A stretch of DNA of 64,000 nucleotides from Lentimicrobiaceae bacterium (GTDB lineage Bacteria > Bacteroidota > Bacteroidia > Bacteroidales > JAAYJT01): NCBI GenBank assembly GCA_037445555.1, contig JBBIKG010000012.1, positions 14,016-78,015 on the forward strand, in the 5' to 3' direction. A program made the translations under genes and the position numbers. The notes under the pieces were generated by a model. It was not told the DNA's origin, searched no databases, and saw only the letters and a program-made list of their open reading frames with translations. Shown one piece after another: positions 10,428 to 20,180 of the stretch; position 1 is the first letter of the stretch, and every line of letters begins with the position of its first letter.

Positions 10428-12482
10428 TTACTTTACCGCTTCAAGTGCTTTTGATACTGCATCGAGGATGGGCTGTACAGATAGCTCGGTTCCTACCGCA
10501 CCTTTCATCCACGCCTGTGGCAACACGCTTCCCTGAGTGTACATGCGCAGCACTTCGGTAGCAAAATTTTTCCCCTTGATATGTTGCTCAAGCTGGAAAT
10601 CGATGACGTGGCCCAGCGGATAGTTTGACAAATACAGAGGGCTGGAAATCATGTGCGAATATATGGCAAGTATGGGTTCGTCTGCCGAGCCAAACACAGG
10701 GGCATAGTACTGGGTCCATATATCTTTGGCAATTCTTATCACGGCTTCCTTCAGTTGGGATGGGGTAGCCAGGGGGTTGGCATACATCCATTCCCATACC
10801 TTCATATCAACCAGCGAGACGCCCATTATTTCATAGTTTGCCCAAAAATTGGTGAGTGCTGCCATATGTTCTTTCAAAGGATCAGTATCTTCAAGTCCCA
10901 GCAGCTCCAGGTCGCGTTTCTGAAACATGAAAGCGGTAGCTTCGGTGAACGCAGTATTTGGAACGCGGTTAAGGGTATAGTAATCCACATCGTGAAGAGT
11001 GATAACCTGTTCGGTATTATGGCCAAACTCGTGAATGCCAATATTGTATCCCTTGTAGTCCATACCGTCTTTGCCCATCCTGGAACGCAGCAGAACTTTG
11101 TCTTCTTTCATGGCTGAGCCATAGGCATGGCCTGCTCCTCTGGAGGCTTCAACCTTGACGTTTGATGCAATATACGCAGCCTTGGCCTTGTCGAATCCAA
11201 GCTTAACCAGGATGTTTCCGAGGTCGTTCTGAACGGCTTCCACGTTTGGGTATTTGGTTTTGACAATTTTATTTAGCTGCTCTTCGGTATATGATCCGCG
11301 TGCTTTGAATCCATTGTACCAGATATCGAATGGCTCGAGGGGTCTGTTCAGTCGCCGGCTAATTAGCTGAGCTACATCTTTTACCTGGGGGCTTGAGATG
11401 AAATCAATAAATAGCTTTTCAACTTCAGCCTGGGGAATTTCCATATTGGCTTCAAACTGCCGTTTGATGTAGGTAGGAAACATGGGGTAATAAGGATCAA
11501 GGCTGCGTTGTGCATTGAAGTTGTTCAGCAGCATCTGATAGCGGGTATCCGGTTCGGGCTTGAACTCAACAGGCGTGCCATCATTTGTGAGCTGATTTGT
11601 GACAGGGTTCCAATTATAGGAGCTTTTGTTGACAACATCCTGGGGGATGCTCTGATCAATGATGCGTTTCATCACGGCATACACCAACCGTTGTTTTTCC
11701 AGTCCGCGTTCATCGGCATAGTTTGATTTCAGCTCGTCGCGCAATCCCCAGTGGGTAATCAATCGCAGATTTTCGGGGAAAAGTTTTTCACCGGCATCAT
11801 TCACGAGCTTACCCATATAAATATTGTATTCGGCGATATAGTTATCTGATTCGGTTTCGATAGCACTTGCCTGTTGAATAATGGAGGCTGGAACACGAGA
11901 GGTGTAGTAGTCGCCCATGCGGGCATAGGCCCACTCTTTGCGACTCCAGTTTTGCCCAAGCGCCGATTTTTCGTTGAGCGAATAAAACGGGAAGTTGAGG
12001 GCTACGATAAACCCAACCTTATTTGCAAAAAAATCGTCTTTCAGATGCGCTCCGGGTTCATAACTACCAAACCTGACATCAAGCGGGTGAATGGGGCCGA
12101 CATCCAGATGCAGCGCACGCATGAGATCCTTCTTCATCTTGAGCATGCCTCCGCCAAGTATTTCAAAATATCCGCTAAGCTTGTTGAACATTACATCGAG
12201 TTCCTGTGCATCAGCAACGAAGCTCTCGAGGCAAAATATCTTAAATTCATTTTCGCTGCCATCGGTACTACGCCAGAGCTGCGCAGCTTGCGACACGCCG
12301 CGTTCAATCCTGAACCGGTGCGGTTCGCCATGCTTGTCAATAAGCTCACTGACCGCCTGCTGGGTTGTGAGTGCAGAAATGGGTGAAACATCGGGATTTG
12401 TGTTCTTCATTTGCTTTCCTCCACATGCTGCCATAATGAGGATCAGGGGCAGCAGCATCATTAAGTAAATTGGCTTTTTCAT
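10428..12482 (-). CDS. lipoprotein, putative gluzincin (M3/M2-like) metallopeptidase
   Basis: Lipobox MAAC; HEFGH followed about 24 aa later by FTEATA (third zinc ligand Glu); YSH and NYPLG late motifs. Confidence 0.65.
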   Translation of the reverse strand: MKKPIYLMMLLPLILIMAACGGKQMKNTNPDVSPISALTTQQAVSELIDKHGEPHRFRIERGVSQAAQLWRSTDGSENEFKIFCLESFVADAQELDVMFNKLSGYFEILGGGMLKMKKDLMRALHLDVGPIHPLDVRFGSYEPGAHLKDDFFANKVGFIVALNFPFYSLNEKSALGQNWSRKEWAYARMGDYYTSRVPASIIQQASAIETESDNYIAEYNIYMGKLVNDAGEKLFPENLRLITHWGLRDELKSNYADERGLEKQRLVYAVMKRIIDQSIPQDVVNKSSYNWNPVTNQLTNDGTPVEFKPEPDTRYQMLLNNFNAQRSLDPYYPMFPTYIKRQFEANMEIPQAEVEKLFIDFISSPQVKDVAQLISRRLNRPLEPFDIWYNGFKARGSYTEEQLNKIVKTKYPNVEAVQNDLGNILVKLGFDKAKAAYIASNVKVEASRGAGHAYGSAMKEDKVLLRSRMGKDGMDYKGYNIGIHEFGHNTEQVITLHDVDYYTLNRVPNTAFTEATAFMFQKRDLELLGLEDTDPLKEHMAALTNFWANYEIMGVSLVDMKVWEWMYANPLATPSQLKEAVIRIAKDIWTQYYAPVFGSADEPILAIYSHMISSPLYLSNYPLGHVIDFQLEQHIKGKNFATEVLRMYTQGSVLPQAWMKGAVGTELSVQPILDAVSKALEAVK

Positions 12483-12708
12483 ACGAGGTGATTTATAATT
12501 ACTTTGCCGGCAAAGCTACAAATTAAACGATTGCCCATCCAGTAAATTCATCTATTCTAGATATGATACACCACCCACCTGGCCTGAAATGATTACGTCT
12601 ACCGTATAATTGATTATAGTATTTTTGCGGCAACAACCTGCGGGCATCCATCATTTTGCCGGTGTTATTTGCGGGTTGGAAGCTCTCGTGAGGATAGGCA
12701 GGGTATTC

Positions 12709-13284
12709 ATGAAAAAACTTCTGACTGTTGCTTTATTGTTATTTGCCCTGGCCTGTGCCGGCCAGAAAACCAAAAAACCTGCCCGATATATTAATCAGGG
12801 GGCAGTGGGATTTATCGGACAATACGGGCATCCTTTCTACGAACTGCCCGAAGGTACTTGGTACCAGCCTTTCCTGATGGGTTTGTATGTTCACCTTCCG
12901 CTGATGCAAGTGAGTGGAGCTTTTAATTACGGCATGGATATTATTCCGCAATTTGGCCTCGCGCAAACCGATAAAATAAACATGGAGTTTGGGCTCATGG
13001 TGAACATGAATATCAACATCACACTTTCAAAAAACACCATAATCCACCTCGGTGCTGGTGCCGGCCCACACTTTATTGAGATGGAGACAGCTCGACAGGC
13101 CAATGGGTTCATCTTTGCCACCAATCTGCTCGGGGGTTTTAAGCAACGGAGCGAAACCGACGGGCAGCACTTTGAAATCGGTTTCTACTCAGGAATAAGG
13201 CATATTTCAAATGCCCAGACCCGAAAGCCCAACATAGGCATCAACAACCTGCTTTTCGGCTTGAGCTTTGCCAGAATGTTCTGA
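12709..13284 (+). CDS. PagL-like acyloxyacyl hydrolase / lipid A 3-O-deacylase family beta-barrel
   Basis: Signal peptide; C-terminal RHISNA...PNIGINN motif and terminal Phe. Confidence 0.8.
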   Translation: MKKLLTVALLLFALACAGQKTKKPARYINQGAVGFIGQYGHPFYELPEGTWYQPFLMGLYVHLPLMQVSGAFNYGMDIIPQFGLAQTDKINMEFGLMVNMNINITLSKNTIIHLGAGAGPHFIEMETARQANGFIFATNLLGGFKQRSETDGQHFEIGFYSGIRHISNAQTRKPNIGINNLLFGLSFARMF

Positions 13285-13322
13285 GCCAATTCTTCAGGGA
13301 TGGGTCTAATAAAGTTTTATGA

Positions 13323-15020
13323 TCAGTAACCGACAGCCTGGCCGTCTTTTCGTGATTCTGATGCGCCAAAATATACTTTCCTTGCCGCATCATACATTAT
13401 TGCCTGGTAACCGCCATAGTTACCATTCGAGAATACGACCTTGTGTCCCATATTCATGAGTTGCCGGATGGTTTCGTAAGAAAATCCCGACTCAAGCTCG
13501 ATTTCGCCTACTCCCGGACGGGCATAGGGCCCGACTGGGTCGGTGGAACCGCTATGGCTTATTCGCGGAGCATCGCCGGCTTCTTGCAGGTTCATGCCAA
13601 AATCAACCAGGTTCATGATGATCTGCACATGCCCCATCGGTTGAAAGTCGCCTCCCATCACGCCAAAGCTAAGCCATGGCACTCCGTTTTTGGTGACAAA
13701 AGCGGGAATAATGGTTTGAAAGGGTCTTTTGCCGGGAGCATAGATATTGGGGTGCCCATCCGTAAGACTGAACAGTTCGCCGCGATCCTGCAACATGAAG
13801 CCCAGCCCAGGGGGGACAATACCGGAACCTAAACCTCTGTAATTGCTCTGGATCAGCGATATCATATTGCCGTCCTTATCGGCGGTTGTTAGATAAATTG
13901 TCCCTCCCTCCATGGGATTTCCGGCCTCAAACCGGCCGGCTCTTTCTTCGTTAATCAGCTTTCGTCGGCTGGCTGCATATTCCTTGGAAGCCAACTGTTT
14001 GAGCGGAACGGCGGCAAACTGCATGTCGGCATAATACCTGGCCCTGTCTTCGAAAGCGAGCTTTTTGGCCTCCACGAATAGGTGCATATGTTTGGGACTG
14101 CCGTAGGGAATTTTTGAAAAATCATACCCCTCGAGTATGTTAAGCATCTGAAGTGCAACAACCCCCTGGCCGTTAGGTGGCAGTTCCCACACATCATACC
14201 CCCTGTAATTGGTTGAAACCGGTTCAACCCATTCACTTCTATGGATGGCCAGGTCGTCATATGATAAAAAACCGCCCTGCGATTTTACGAAGTCGCCAAT
14301 CACCCGTGCGATCTGTCCTTTGTAAAACGCATCCCTTCCGCCGGAAGCAATTTGCCTATATGTAGAGGCAAGGGCGGGATTGCGGAAATTATCTCCTTTT
14401 TTTGGGGTATTCTTTCCATCGACCGAATACGTTTCAACCACGTTCGGAAAGCGGGCATGCATCCTGACTCCCCGCTCAAGATAATAGGCAATCAGTTCGG
14501 TAACTGGAAAGCCATTTTCGGCATAATCAATGGCCGGTTGCAGGATTTCAGCAATGGGTAATTTCCCGAACTTTTCGTGAAGTTCAAACCAGCCGTCGAC
14601 GCATCCGGGAACCGATAACGGCAACACCCCGTACGAAGGAATGTTGGTGATGTTATTTTTCCTGAAATAGTCGAGCGTCAGTGATTTGGGTGATCGTCCG
14701 GAGGCATTAAGCCCGTATAATTTCTTGTTTTTATCATCCCACACTATGGCGAAAAGATCACCGCCAACCCCACAACCTGTTGGTTCCATCAGTCCAAGCG
14801 CAGCATTGGCTGCTATGGCTGCATCAACCGCACTACCACCCTTTTTCAATATGTCGATAGCAATCTGGGTGGCTAACGGGTGACTCGTGGCGGCCATTCC
14901 GTTGGCAGCGATTACCTCTGAGCGGGTGGTAAAAGGGAGTCCGGTGATTCTGTCCTGGCCCCAGGCCTGCATATAACATGCGGTAGCCAGAACAAGCAAT
15001 GTTTTCATAAGCCTTTTCAT
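13323..15020 (-). CDS. ggt: gamma-glutamyltransferase
   Basis: GGSAVDAAIA, GVGGDLF, G-TIYLTTADKDGN autoprocessing Thr, PGKRPFQTIIP, GVMGGDFQ, SRKDG. Confidence 0.95.
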   Translation of the reverse strand: MKRLMKTLLVLATACYMQAWGQDRITGLPFTTRSEVIAANGMAATSHPLATQIAIDILKKGGSAVDAAIAANAALGLMEPTGCGVGGDLFAIVWDDKNKKLYGLNASGRSPKSLTLDYFRKNNITNIPSYGVLPLSVPGCVDGWFELHEKFGKLPIAEILQPAIDYAENGFPVTELIAYYLERGVRMHARFPNVVETYSVDGKNTPKKGDNFRNPALASTYRQIASGGRDAFYKGQIARVIGDFVKSQGGFLSYDDLAIHRSEWVEPVSTNYRGYDVWELPPNGQGVVALQMLNILEGYDFSKIPYGSPKHMHLFVEAKKLAFEDRARYYADMQFAAVPLKQLASKEYAASRRKLINEERAGRFEAGNPMEGGTIYLTTADKDGNMISLIQSNYRGLGSGIVPPGLGFMLQDRGELFSLTDGHPNIYAPGKRPFQTIIPAFVTKNGVPWLSFGVMGGDFQPMGHVQIIMNLVDFGMNLQEAGDAPRISHSGSTDPVGPYARPGVGEIELESGFSYETIRQLMNMGHKVVFSNGNYGGYQAIMYDAARKVYFGASESRKDGQAVGY

Positions 15021-15196
15021 ACTGTGCATGGGTTTAATGAGGTAAAGGTAAAAATAAAGATCACCCACGTTTGTCTTCGTGGCATATGTTTATTCCTGTT
15101 GTACATTTTAGCCATAAACTACGAAAAGAAACAATTCGTTATATTCGTCAACCGGATCATACGAGAAAAGAAATTGTGCCTGATAGCCAACCGGAC

Positions 15197-15225
15197 ATGC
15201 AACCTTTTTAGAAAAATGATCGTCA
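15197..15225 (+). promoter_or_regulatory. putative autoregulatory ECF promoter (ATGCAAC-N17-CGTCA)
   Basis: Classical ECF AAC/CGT elements 40 nt upstream of the ECF sigma start codon. Confidence 0.6.
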
Positions 15226-15264
15226 TATTTTTACCTTGTTGTAAACCCTTGCTTTTGGCACTGC

Positions 15265-15801
15265 ATGGATGAAAAACAGCTTGTTGAAGGGTGCGTTGCG
15301 GGGAAAAAGAGTGCTCAAAGAGAGCTTTACAACCGTTATACGTCAAAAATGTTTGGGGTATGCTTAAGGTATGCACCCGATCATGACACGGCACAGGATA
15401 TGCTGCAGGAGGGCTTTATCAGGGTATTTTCAAATATTGGCAGGTACAAGGGGTTGGGTTCGTTTGAAGGCTGGATACGTAAAATTATAGTGAATACTGC
15501 GTTGGAGATGTTACGAAAAAATGATGTGTTACGGTATTCCGCAGATGTGCAGGTAATTACCGGGGTGGCTTCCGACCTTGAGGACAGTTTGACCCAGCTT
15601 GCGGCAGCCGATCTGGTCGCACTGATTCAGTCGCTGCCAGCTAGTTATCGGGCTATATTCAACCTGTATGCCATTGAAGGATATTCGCACAAAGAAATTG
15701 CGGAGATGCTTGAGATAGCCGAAGGAACCTCCAAGTCTCAATTTTCGAGGGCCAGGGTATGGCTTCAGAAAAAACTGCCCGATAAATACTCTGTCAAATG
15801 A
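15265..15801 (+). CDS. ECF-type RNA polymerase sigma-70 factor
   Basis: AQDMLQEGF, FEGWIRKI region 2; EGYSHKEIAEML...GTSKSQFSRAR region 4. Confidence 0.95.
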   Translation: MDEKQLVEGCVAGKKSAQRELYNRYTSKMFGVCLRYAPDHDTAQDMLQEGFIRVFSNIGRYKGLGSFEGWIRKIIVNTALEMLRKNDVLRYSADVQVITGVASDLEDSLTQLAAADLVALIQSLPASYRAIFNLYAIEGYSHKEIAEMLEIAEGTSKSQFSRARVWLQKKLPDKYSVK

Positions 15802-17087
15802 AAACCCCTCTGGACGATACTGCCCGGCAAACTCTCAGAAGGACACTGGCTGACTTCGAACAAGTGCCTCCGGAATCCGTCTGGTATGGCGTTGAATCGG
15901 CATTAAAAAGACGTAAAAGAATCATTATCTGGAGGCAGTTGGGTGTGGCAGCGATATTTCTGCTTCTGGTTTCGCTTCCCGTCGCATATTTTGTTACCCG
16001 CGACTCTGTTCCTTCAACTTTGGAAATCTTGGTCCAGCAAACAGGTCCGGATAAATCCGGTAATGGATCATCGACAGAAATACCCAGGTTTGCCCACAAA
16101 TTATCGCCTTCTTTGACAGTTGCCTCTAAACCGCCCGCTGCAACCGACACCAGCCTGATAAACCTACACCCTGTCGCCATCAGGTCGCAAATCAATCAGA
16201 CTATTACGACACCGGCCTTCGCAGAACCGAATATAACTGAGCTTGTAAATGAGGTTGCAGAAACATCCATTTCCGAAATTGCACGGCTGGATTCTACCTC
16301 GACAGCAGGAATGCCTTCACCGGCCGGGCAAGGAGTTCCCTATCCCCCGGAATCTGTCCAACAGCCTGATGGAGATTTTCTGGCTTTAGCCATAGATTTA
16401 CAAAAACCAGTTTACGATAATCGTAAGTGGCAATTATCCCTGGCCTATGGAACAACTAAGGGATTATCACCGGCCTCAGACCTGCTTCAGGCCTCATATG
16501 ACAAAGGAAATTTTGAACTTGATTCCTACTCCAGCACCGTGGCCGTTCAAACCCGCAATTTCTCGAACATTGAACGAACGGTACATCAGCAGCCACTCAC
16601 TTTTGGTATCCTTGTCTCGAAAGGATTAACCGGGCGATGGGCGGCCGAAACTGGCCTGCAATACACCCTGCTAAGTGGCGCCAGTCGCACATATGAAATT
16701 AACCGTGAACGCCGCGAATACAATAACCACATCCATTACCTTGGCATTCCGGTGGCTATCCGTTTTCAGTTATTGTCGAAAAGGCCTTTTGCAATATATT
16801 TTACCCAGGGACTAATCATTGAAAAAGGACTGAGTCTGCAATACAAGAACGATCGGTTTTTTGACCAGAAATTAGTACAAACGGAGGCAGGTTCTCAGGC
16901 AATTAAAGGATATCAGATGTCGTCGTTAACCTCCCTGGGCGCATCATTTAGCTTTTCCAAAGCCCTTGGAATCTACATTCAACCCGGGCTGCAAATTTTC
17001 ATGCGGAATGCCTCTCAGCCCTACAACATCAGGAGCTCCCATGCGGCCTGGCCTTCGGTAAATATTGGAGTCAGGGCACAATTATAG
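15798..17087 (+). CDS. putative anti-sigma factor with N-terminal TM segment and C-terminal outer-membrane beta-barrel-like domain
   Basis: Overlaps the sigma stop codon; PPESVW anti-sigma-like N-terminus, one TM, Pro/Thr/Ser linker, then ETGLQY/HYLGIP barrel motifs. Confidence 0.7.
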   Translation: MKTPLDDTARQTLRRTLADFEQVPPESVWYGVESALKRRKRIIIWRQLGVAAIFLLLVSLPVAYFVTRDSVPSTLEILVQQTGPDKSGNGSSTEIPRFAHKLSPSLTVASKPPAATDTSLINLHPVAIRSQINQTITTPAFAEPNITELVNEVAETSISEIARLDSTSTAGMPSPAGQGVPYPPESVQQPDGDFLALAIDLQKPVYDNRKWQLSLAYGTTKGLSPASDLLQASYDKGNFELDSYSSTVAVQTRNFSNIERTVHQQPLTFGILVSKGLTGRWAAETGLQYTLLSGASRTYEINRERREYNNHIHYLGIPVAIRFQLLSKRPFAIYFTQGLIIEKGLSLQYKNDRFFDQKLVQTEAGSQAIKGYQMSSLTSLGASFSFSKALGIYIQPGLQIFMRNASQPYNIRSSHAAWPSVNIGVRAQL

Positions 17088-17102
17088 AGTGAAAAACTCT
17101 CG

Positions 17103-17630
17103 TCACACAATGGCTCCCGGCTGCGCCTGAGGCTTTTCTTTGACAGGCAGCAACGGCTTGATTTTTGGCCAGATATACGGGAAAACCGCACTCAGGGGCC
17201 CGTAAAGTTTTGATTCTTTCCGGGTGTCGGGGTTGATAATCTGCTGATTGACATCAACGCTGTTTATAATGAAAAGTATGGCTCCGAGAAAAACAGCTGC
17301 TTTTGCCAGTCCGAGGGCGGCTCCTCCCAGCCGGTTAAGGATGCCGAGCGATGCCATATCGGCAGCCTTGTTGAAGATACGACCAAGGATCTGGATCACA
17401 ATCACTGCCAGCAAAAAGGTGATGGAAAAAGCAATTTGTGGAAGAAACCTGGGTTGCCATTTCATGGTGTGGATAAGCCAGTCGGATACCAGGTCGGAGA
17501 AGTGCACAGCAAAATAAATTCCGGCGATGAGGCCTGCGAGGGATGCCAGACTCATAATCAGTCCTTTCGAGAACCCCCTGAAAAGCCACCAGGCTGTGGG
17601 TATCAGCAAAAGTATATCCAGATAGTTCAT
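17103..17630 (-). CDS. CvpA (colicin V production) family membrane protein
   Basis: MNYLDI...GFSKGLI, LNRLGGAALG, SKLY. Confidence 0.9.
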   Translation of the reverse strand: MNYLDILLLIPTAWWLFRGFSKGLIMSLASLAGLIAGIYFAVHFSDLVSDWLIHTMKWQPRFLPQIAFSITFLLAVIVIQILGRIFNKAADMASLGILNRLGGAALGLAKAAVFLGAILFIINSVDVNQQIINPDTRKESKLYGPLSAVFPYIWPKIKPLLPVKEKPQAQPGAIV

Positions 17631-18391
17631 AATCTCTGAGCGGTGGGTTTTTTGAGCTTTCGGGTGAGCTCAGTAGCAAACACAAACTGATTCAGTTCTG
17701 CGTTCTCATCTTCGAGAATGCTTTGCCGGTCTCCCTCCCACCACAAGCGACCGTTATAAATAAAAGCCACCTTCTCACCAATCTCCAGAACTGAATTCAT
17801 ATCATGGGTGTTCACCACTGTGGTCATTCCGTATTCGTGTGTTAACTCGCTGATAAGCCGGTCGATGGTGTTGGCTGTTTGAGGGTCAAGGCCTGAATTC
17901 GGTTCGTCGCAGAACAAGTATTTGGGGTTCATGGCAATGGCCCGGGCAATGGCAACCCTTTTTTTCATGCCTCCGCTAAGTTCTGAGGGGTATAGGTGAT
18001 TGACATTTAACAGGTTAACGCGTTCGAGACAAAAGTTAGCCCTATCGCGTTTTTCAGCCTGGCTCATGTCAGAAAACATCGAAAGTGGGAACATCACATT
18101 TTGCTCGGCGGTCATGGAATCGAAGAGCGCCCCACCCTGAAAAAGCATACCGATCTCGCGCCTCAGGAGTTTTACTTCCCGGGGTTTCATGGCTGAGATA
18201 TTCCTTTTGTCGTAATAAATGCTTCCGCTGTCGGCAGTAATAAGGCCGACCAGACATTTCATTAAGACAGTTTTACCCGACCCGCTCGCACCAATGATCA
18301 GGTTGGTGATGCCAGGTTCAAACTTTACCGACACATCGGTTAACACCTGGATGTCGCCAAAGGTCTTGTTTATGTTCAGGACCTCGATCAT
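17627..18391 (-). CDS. MlaF-like ABC transporter ATP-binding protein
   Basis: Start MIEVLNINK at 18391; GASGSGKT, LSGGMKKRVAIARA, DEPNSGLDP. Confidence 0.92.
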   Translation of the reverse strand: MIEVLNINKTFGDIQVLTDVSVKFEPGITNLIIGASGSGKTVLMKCLVGLITADSGSIYYDKRNISAMKPREVKLLRREIGMLFQGGALFDSMTAEQNVMFPLSMFSDMSQAEKRDRANFCLERVNLLNVNHLYPSELSGGMKKRVAIARAIAMNPKYLFCDEPNSGLDPQTANTIDRLISELTHEYGMTTVVNTHDMNSVLEIGEKVAFIYNGRLWWEGDRQSILEDENAELNQFVFATELTRKLKKPTAQRL

Positions 18392-19128
18392 GTAAGAAGC
18401 AATTGGGTGAGGATTAGATTGAAGAAGATGATCATGATGCTGCTGAAAACCACCCCGCGAGTACTTGCAGTGCCTACCTCCAGTGCCCCTCCTTGTGTCA
18501 TATAACCGTGATAGCCCGAAATGGATGCAATGAGAAAGGCGAAAACGACTGTTTTGATCAGGGCATAGAAGATATTGAACGGGATAAAATATGACTGGAT
18601 TCCAAAAATGTAGGTGGTTGAATTTACCAGACCTGTCATTACTCCGGCAGCCCATCCCCCGGCAATGGCCAGAAACATGCTGAAAACTATCAGCACCGGA
18701 TTGATCAGCATAGAGGCTACTATCTTGGGGAATATCAGATAGGTGGCCGGGTTTATACCCATAATCTGCAGGGCGTCGACCTGCTCGGTAACCCGCATAG
18801 TACCAATCTCAGAGGCAATGCGCGATCCAATTTTCCCTGCCAAAATGAGGCTGATGATGGTGGGAGAAAATTCAAGCACCACGGACTCGCGCACCGAGAG
18901 GCCAATAGTATAAGTGGGTATCAGAGGGTGGGTGATATTGAAGGCCATCTGGATACATAGCACTGCGCCCATAAAAACAGAAATGATGGCCACTATTCCA
19001 ATGGATTCAATGCCAAGCTTTTCCATCTCATATAGGATCTGGCGCAGGTAAATTTTCTGATTTTCCGGTCGGCGGAAAACCTCACGCATCAGCAGCACGT
19101 ACTCTCCTATTTCTTGAAGCCAGCTCAT
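18388..19128 (-). CDS. MlaE-like ABC transporter permease
   Basis: AGKIGSRIASEIGTMRVTEQVDAL, GGALEVG. Confidence 0.93.
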   Translation of the reverse strand: MSWLQEIGEYVLLMREVFRRPENQKIYLRQILYEMEKLGIESIGIVAIISVFMGAVLCIQMAFNITHPLIPTYTIGLSVRESVVLEFSPTIISLILAGKIGSRIASEIGTMRVTEQVDALQIMGINPATYLIFPKIVASMLINPVLIVFSMFLAIAGGWAAGVMTGLVNSTTYIFGIQSYFIPFNIFYALIKTVVFAFLIASISGYHGYMTQGGALEVGTASTRGVVFSSIMIIFFNLILTQLLLT

Positions 19129-19295
19129 CAGGAAATATTTAGGCTAAGTTACACATATTCGGCACAAACTGATCCGAACCTGTCACTGAAAAATTTATCC
19201 TCAACGCACCCCGAACAGGCTCTAAAAATCTTGAGCGTCATATAATACCGGTGTACGATATTCGTTAAAAACAAAACACTCAAACTTCACAGCCG

Positions 19296-19484
19296 ATGAA
19301 AAAGGCCGTTGCTGGTCTTCTCCTGCTGCTTCTGCTGGCCACCATATTCGCGTCATGCCAGCGCTCTCGCTATGGTAGCAGCTATTATAAAAAGAAAAAG
19401 TACAAAGGGTGCAGCTGCGAGGCTATCATTAACCCAACACAAGTTTTCGCTTCGGATATTGCACTTCTTCAGATTTCTTCCTGA
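19296..19484 (+). CDS. small basic putative lipoprotein
   Basis: MKK plus hydrophobic core plus FASC lipobox; Lys/Tyr-rich with a CSC motif. Confidence 0.55.
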   Translation: MKKAVAGLLLLLLLATIFASCQRSRYGSSYYKKKKYKGCSCEAIINPTQVFASDIALLQISS

Positions 19485-19485
19485 C

Positions 19486-20091
19486 ATGCTCGAACATTAC
19501 CTGGATCCTCCCCTGCACCAGAAAGTTAACCAATGGATACGTGCGAATCGTGTAGAGCTGGTCGTCAGTAAACCCCGGTACAGTAAGCTTGGCGATTTCA
19601 GACCGGCCCTTGGCAGAAGGCCTCATCGCATTTCGCTGAATGCCACGCCGAACATCTTCGAATTTCGTATCACGCTTGTTCACGAAATGGCTCATCTGGA
19701 AACATGGAAAGCCTTTGGCAAACGGGTGCCTCCCCATGGATTCGAATGGAAGGCGGTGTATCACAGGCTATATTATGAATTCCTTCAATCCTGCCTTCCT
19801 GAAGACCTGTCACGGTTGCTCGAGGCCTACCTGTCTGCTCCGGCCAGGTCACGGATTCCCAAAGAAAACCTGGTGAGGGCTATTCGAAATTATGGCTCCT
19901 CACATGACAAGGTCGAAGTTGGAAAGGTGGGCGCCGGAAGATGTTTCAAGGCCGGTAATGGCCGGATTTTTCGCATGATCGGTAAACACCACACCCGTTA
20001 CAAATGCGTTTGCCTTGATAATGACCGGCTGTTCCTGTTCAGTAGGCTGGCACAGGTAACTCCCTGCGAACCCGATGCTCAAACGGTTTAG
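19486..20091 (+). CDS. SprT-like zinc metalloprotease domain protein
   Basis: KLGDFR, TLVHEMAHL, PHGFEWK. Start chosen at MLEHYL. Confidence 0.85.
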   Translation: MLEHYLDPPLHQKVNQWIRANRVELVVSKPRYSKLGDFRPALGRRPHRISLNATPNIFEFRITLVHEMAHLETWKAFGKRVPPHGFEWKAVYHRLYYEFLQSCLPEDLSRLLEAYLSAPARSRIPKENLVRAIRNYGSSHDKVEVGKVGAGRCFKAGNGRIFRMIGKHHTRYKCVCLDNDRLFLFSRLAQVTPCEPDAQTV

Positions 20092-20180
20092 AGCATTATC
20101 TTACGCGGAAGTATTTTGTCAGGCCATTAGCTTTCTTTACATTTGTCGCCTTCAGCAACAATGCAAATCCCAGCCTTTCT

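Noticed and set aside
18392-18655. Long N-terminal extension of the MlaF ORF
   Set aside because: It overlaps mlaE in another frame; ATG 18391 gives a normal coupled start.
19213-19241. Third copy of the ECF promoter upstream of the small lipoprotein
   Set aside because: The AAC-to-CGTC spacer is 19 nt and the TGCAAC context is absent.
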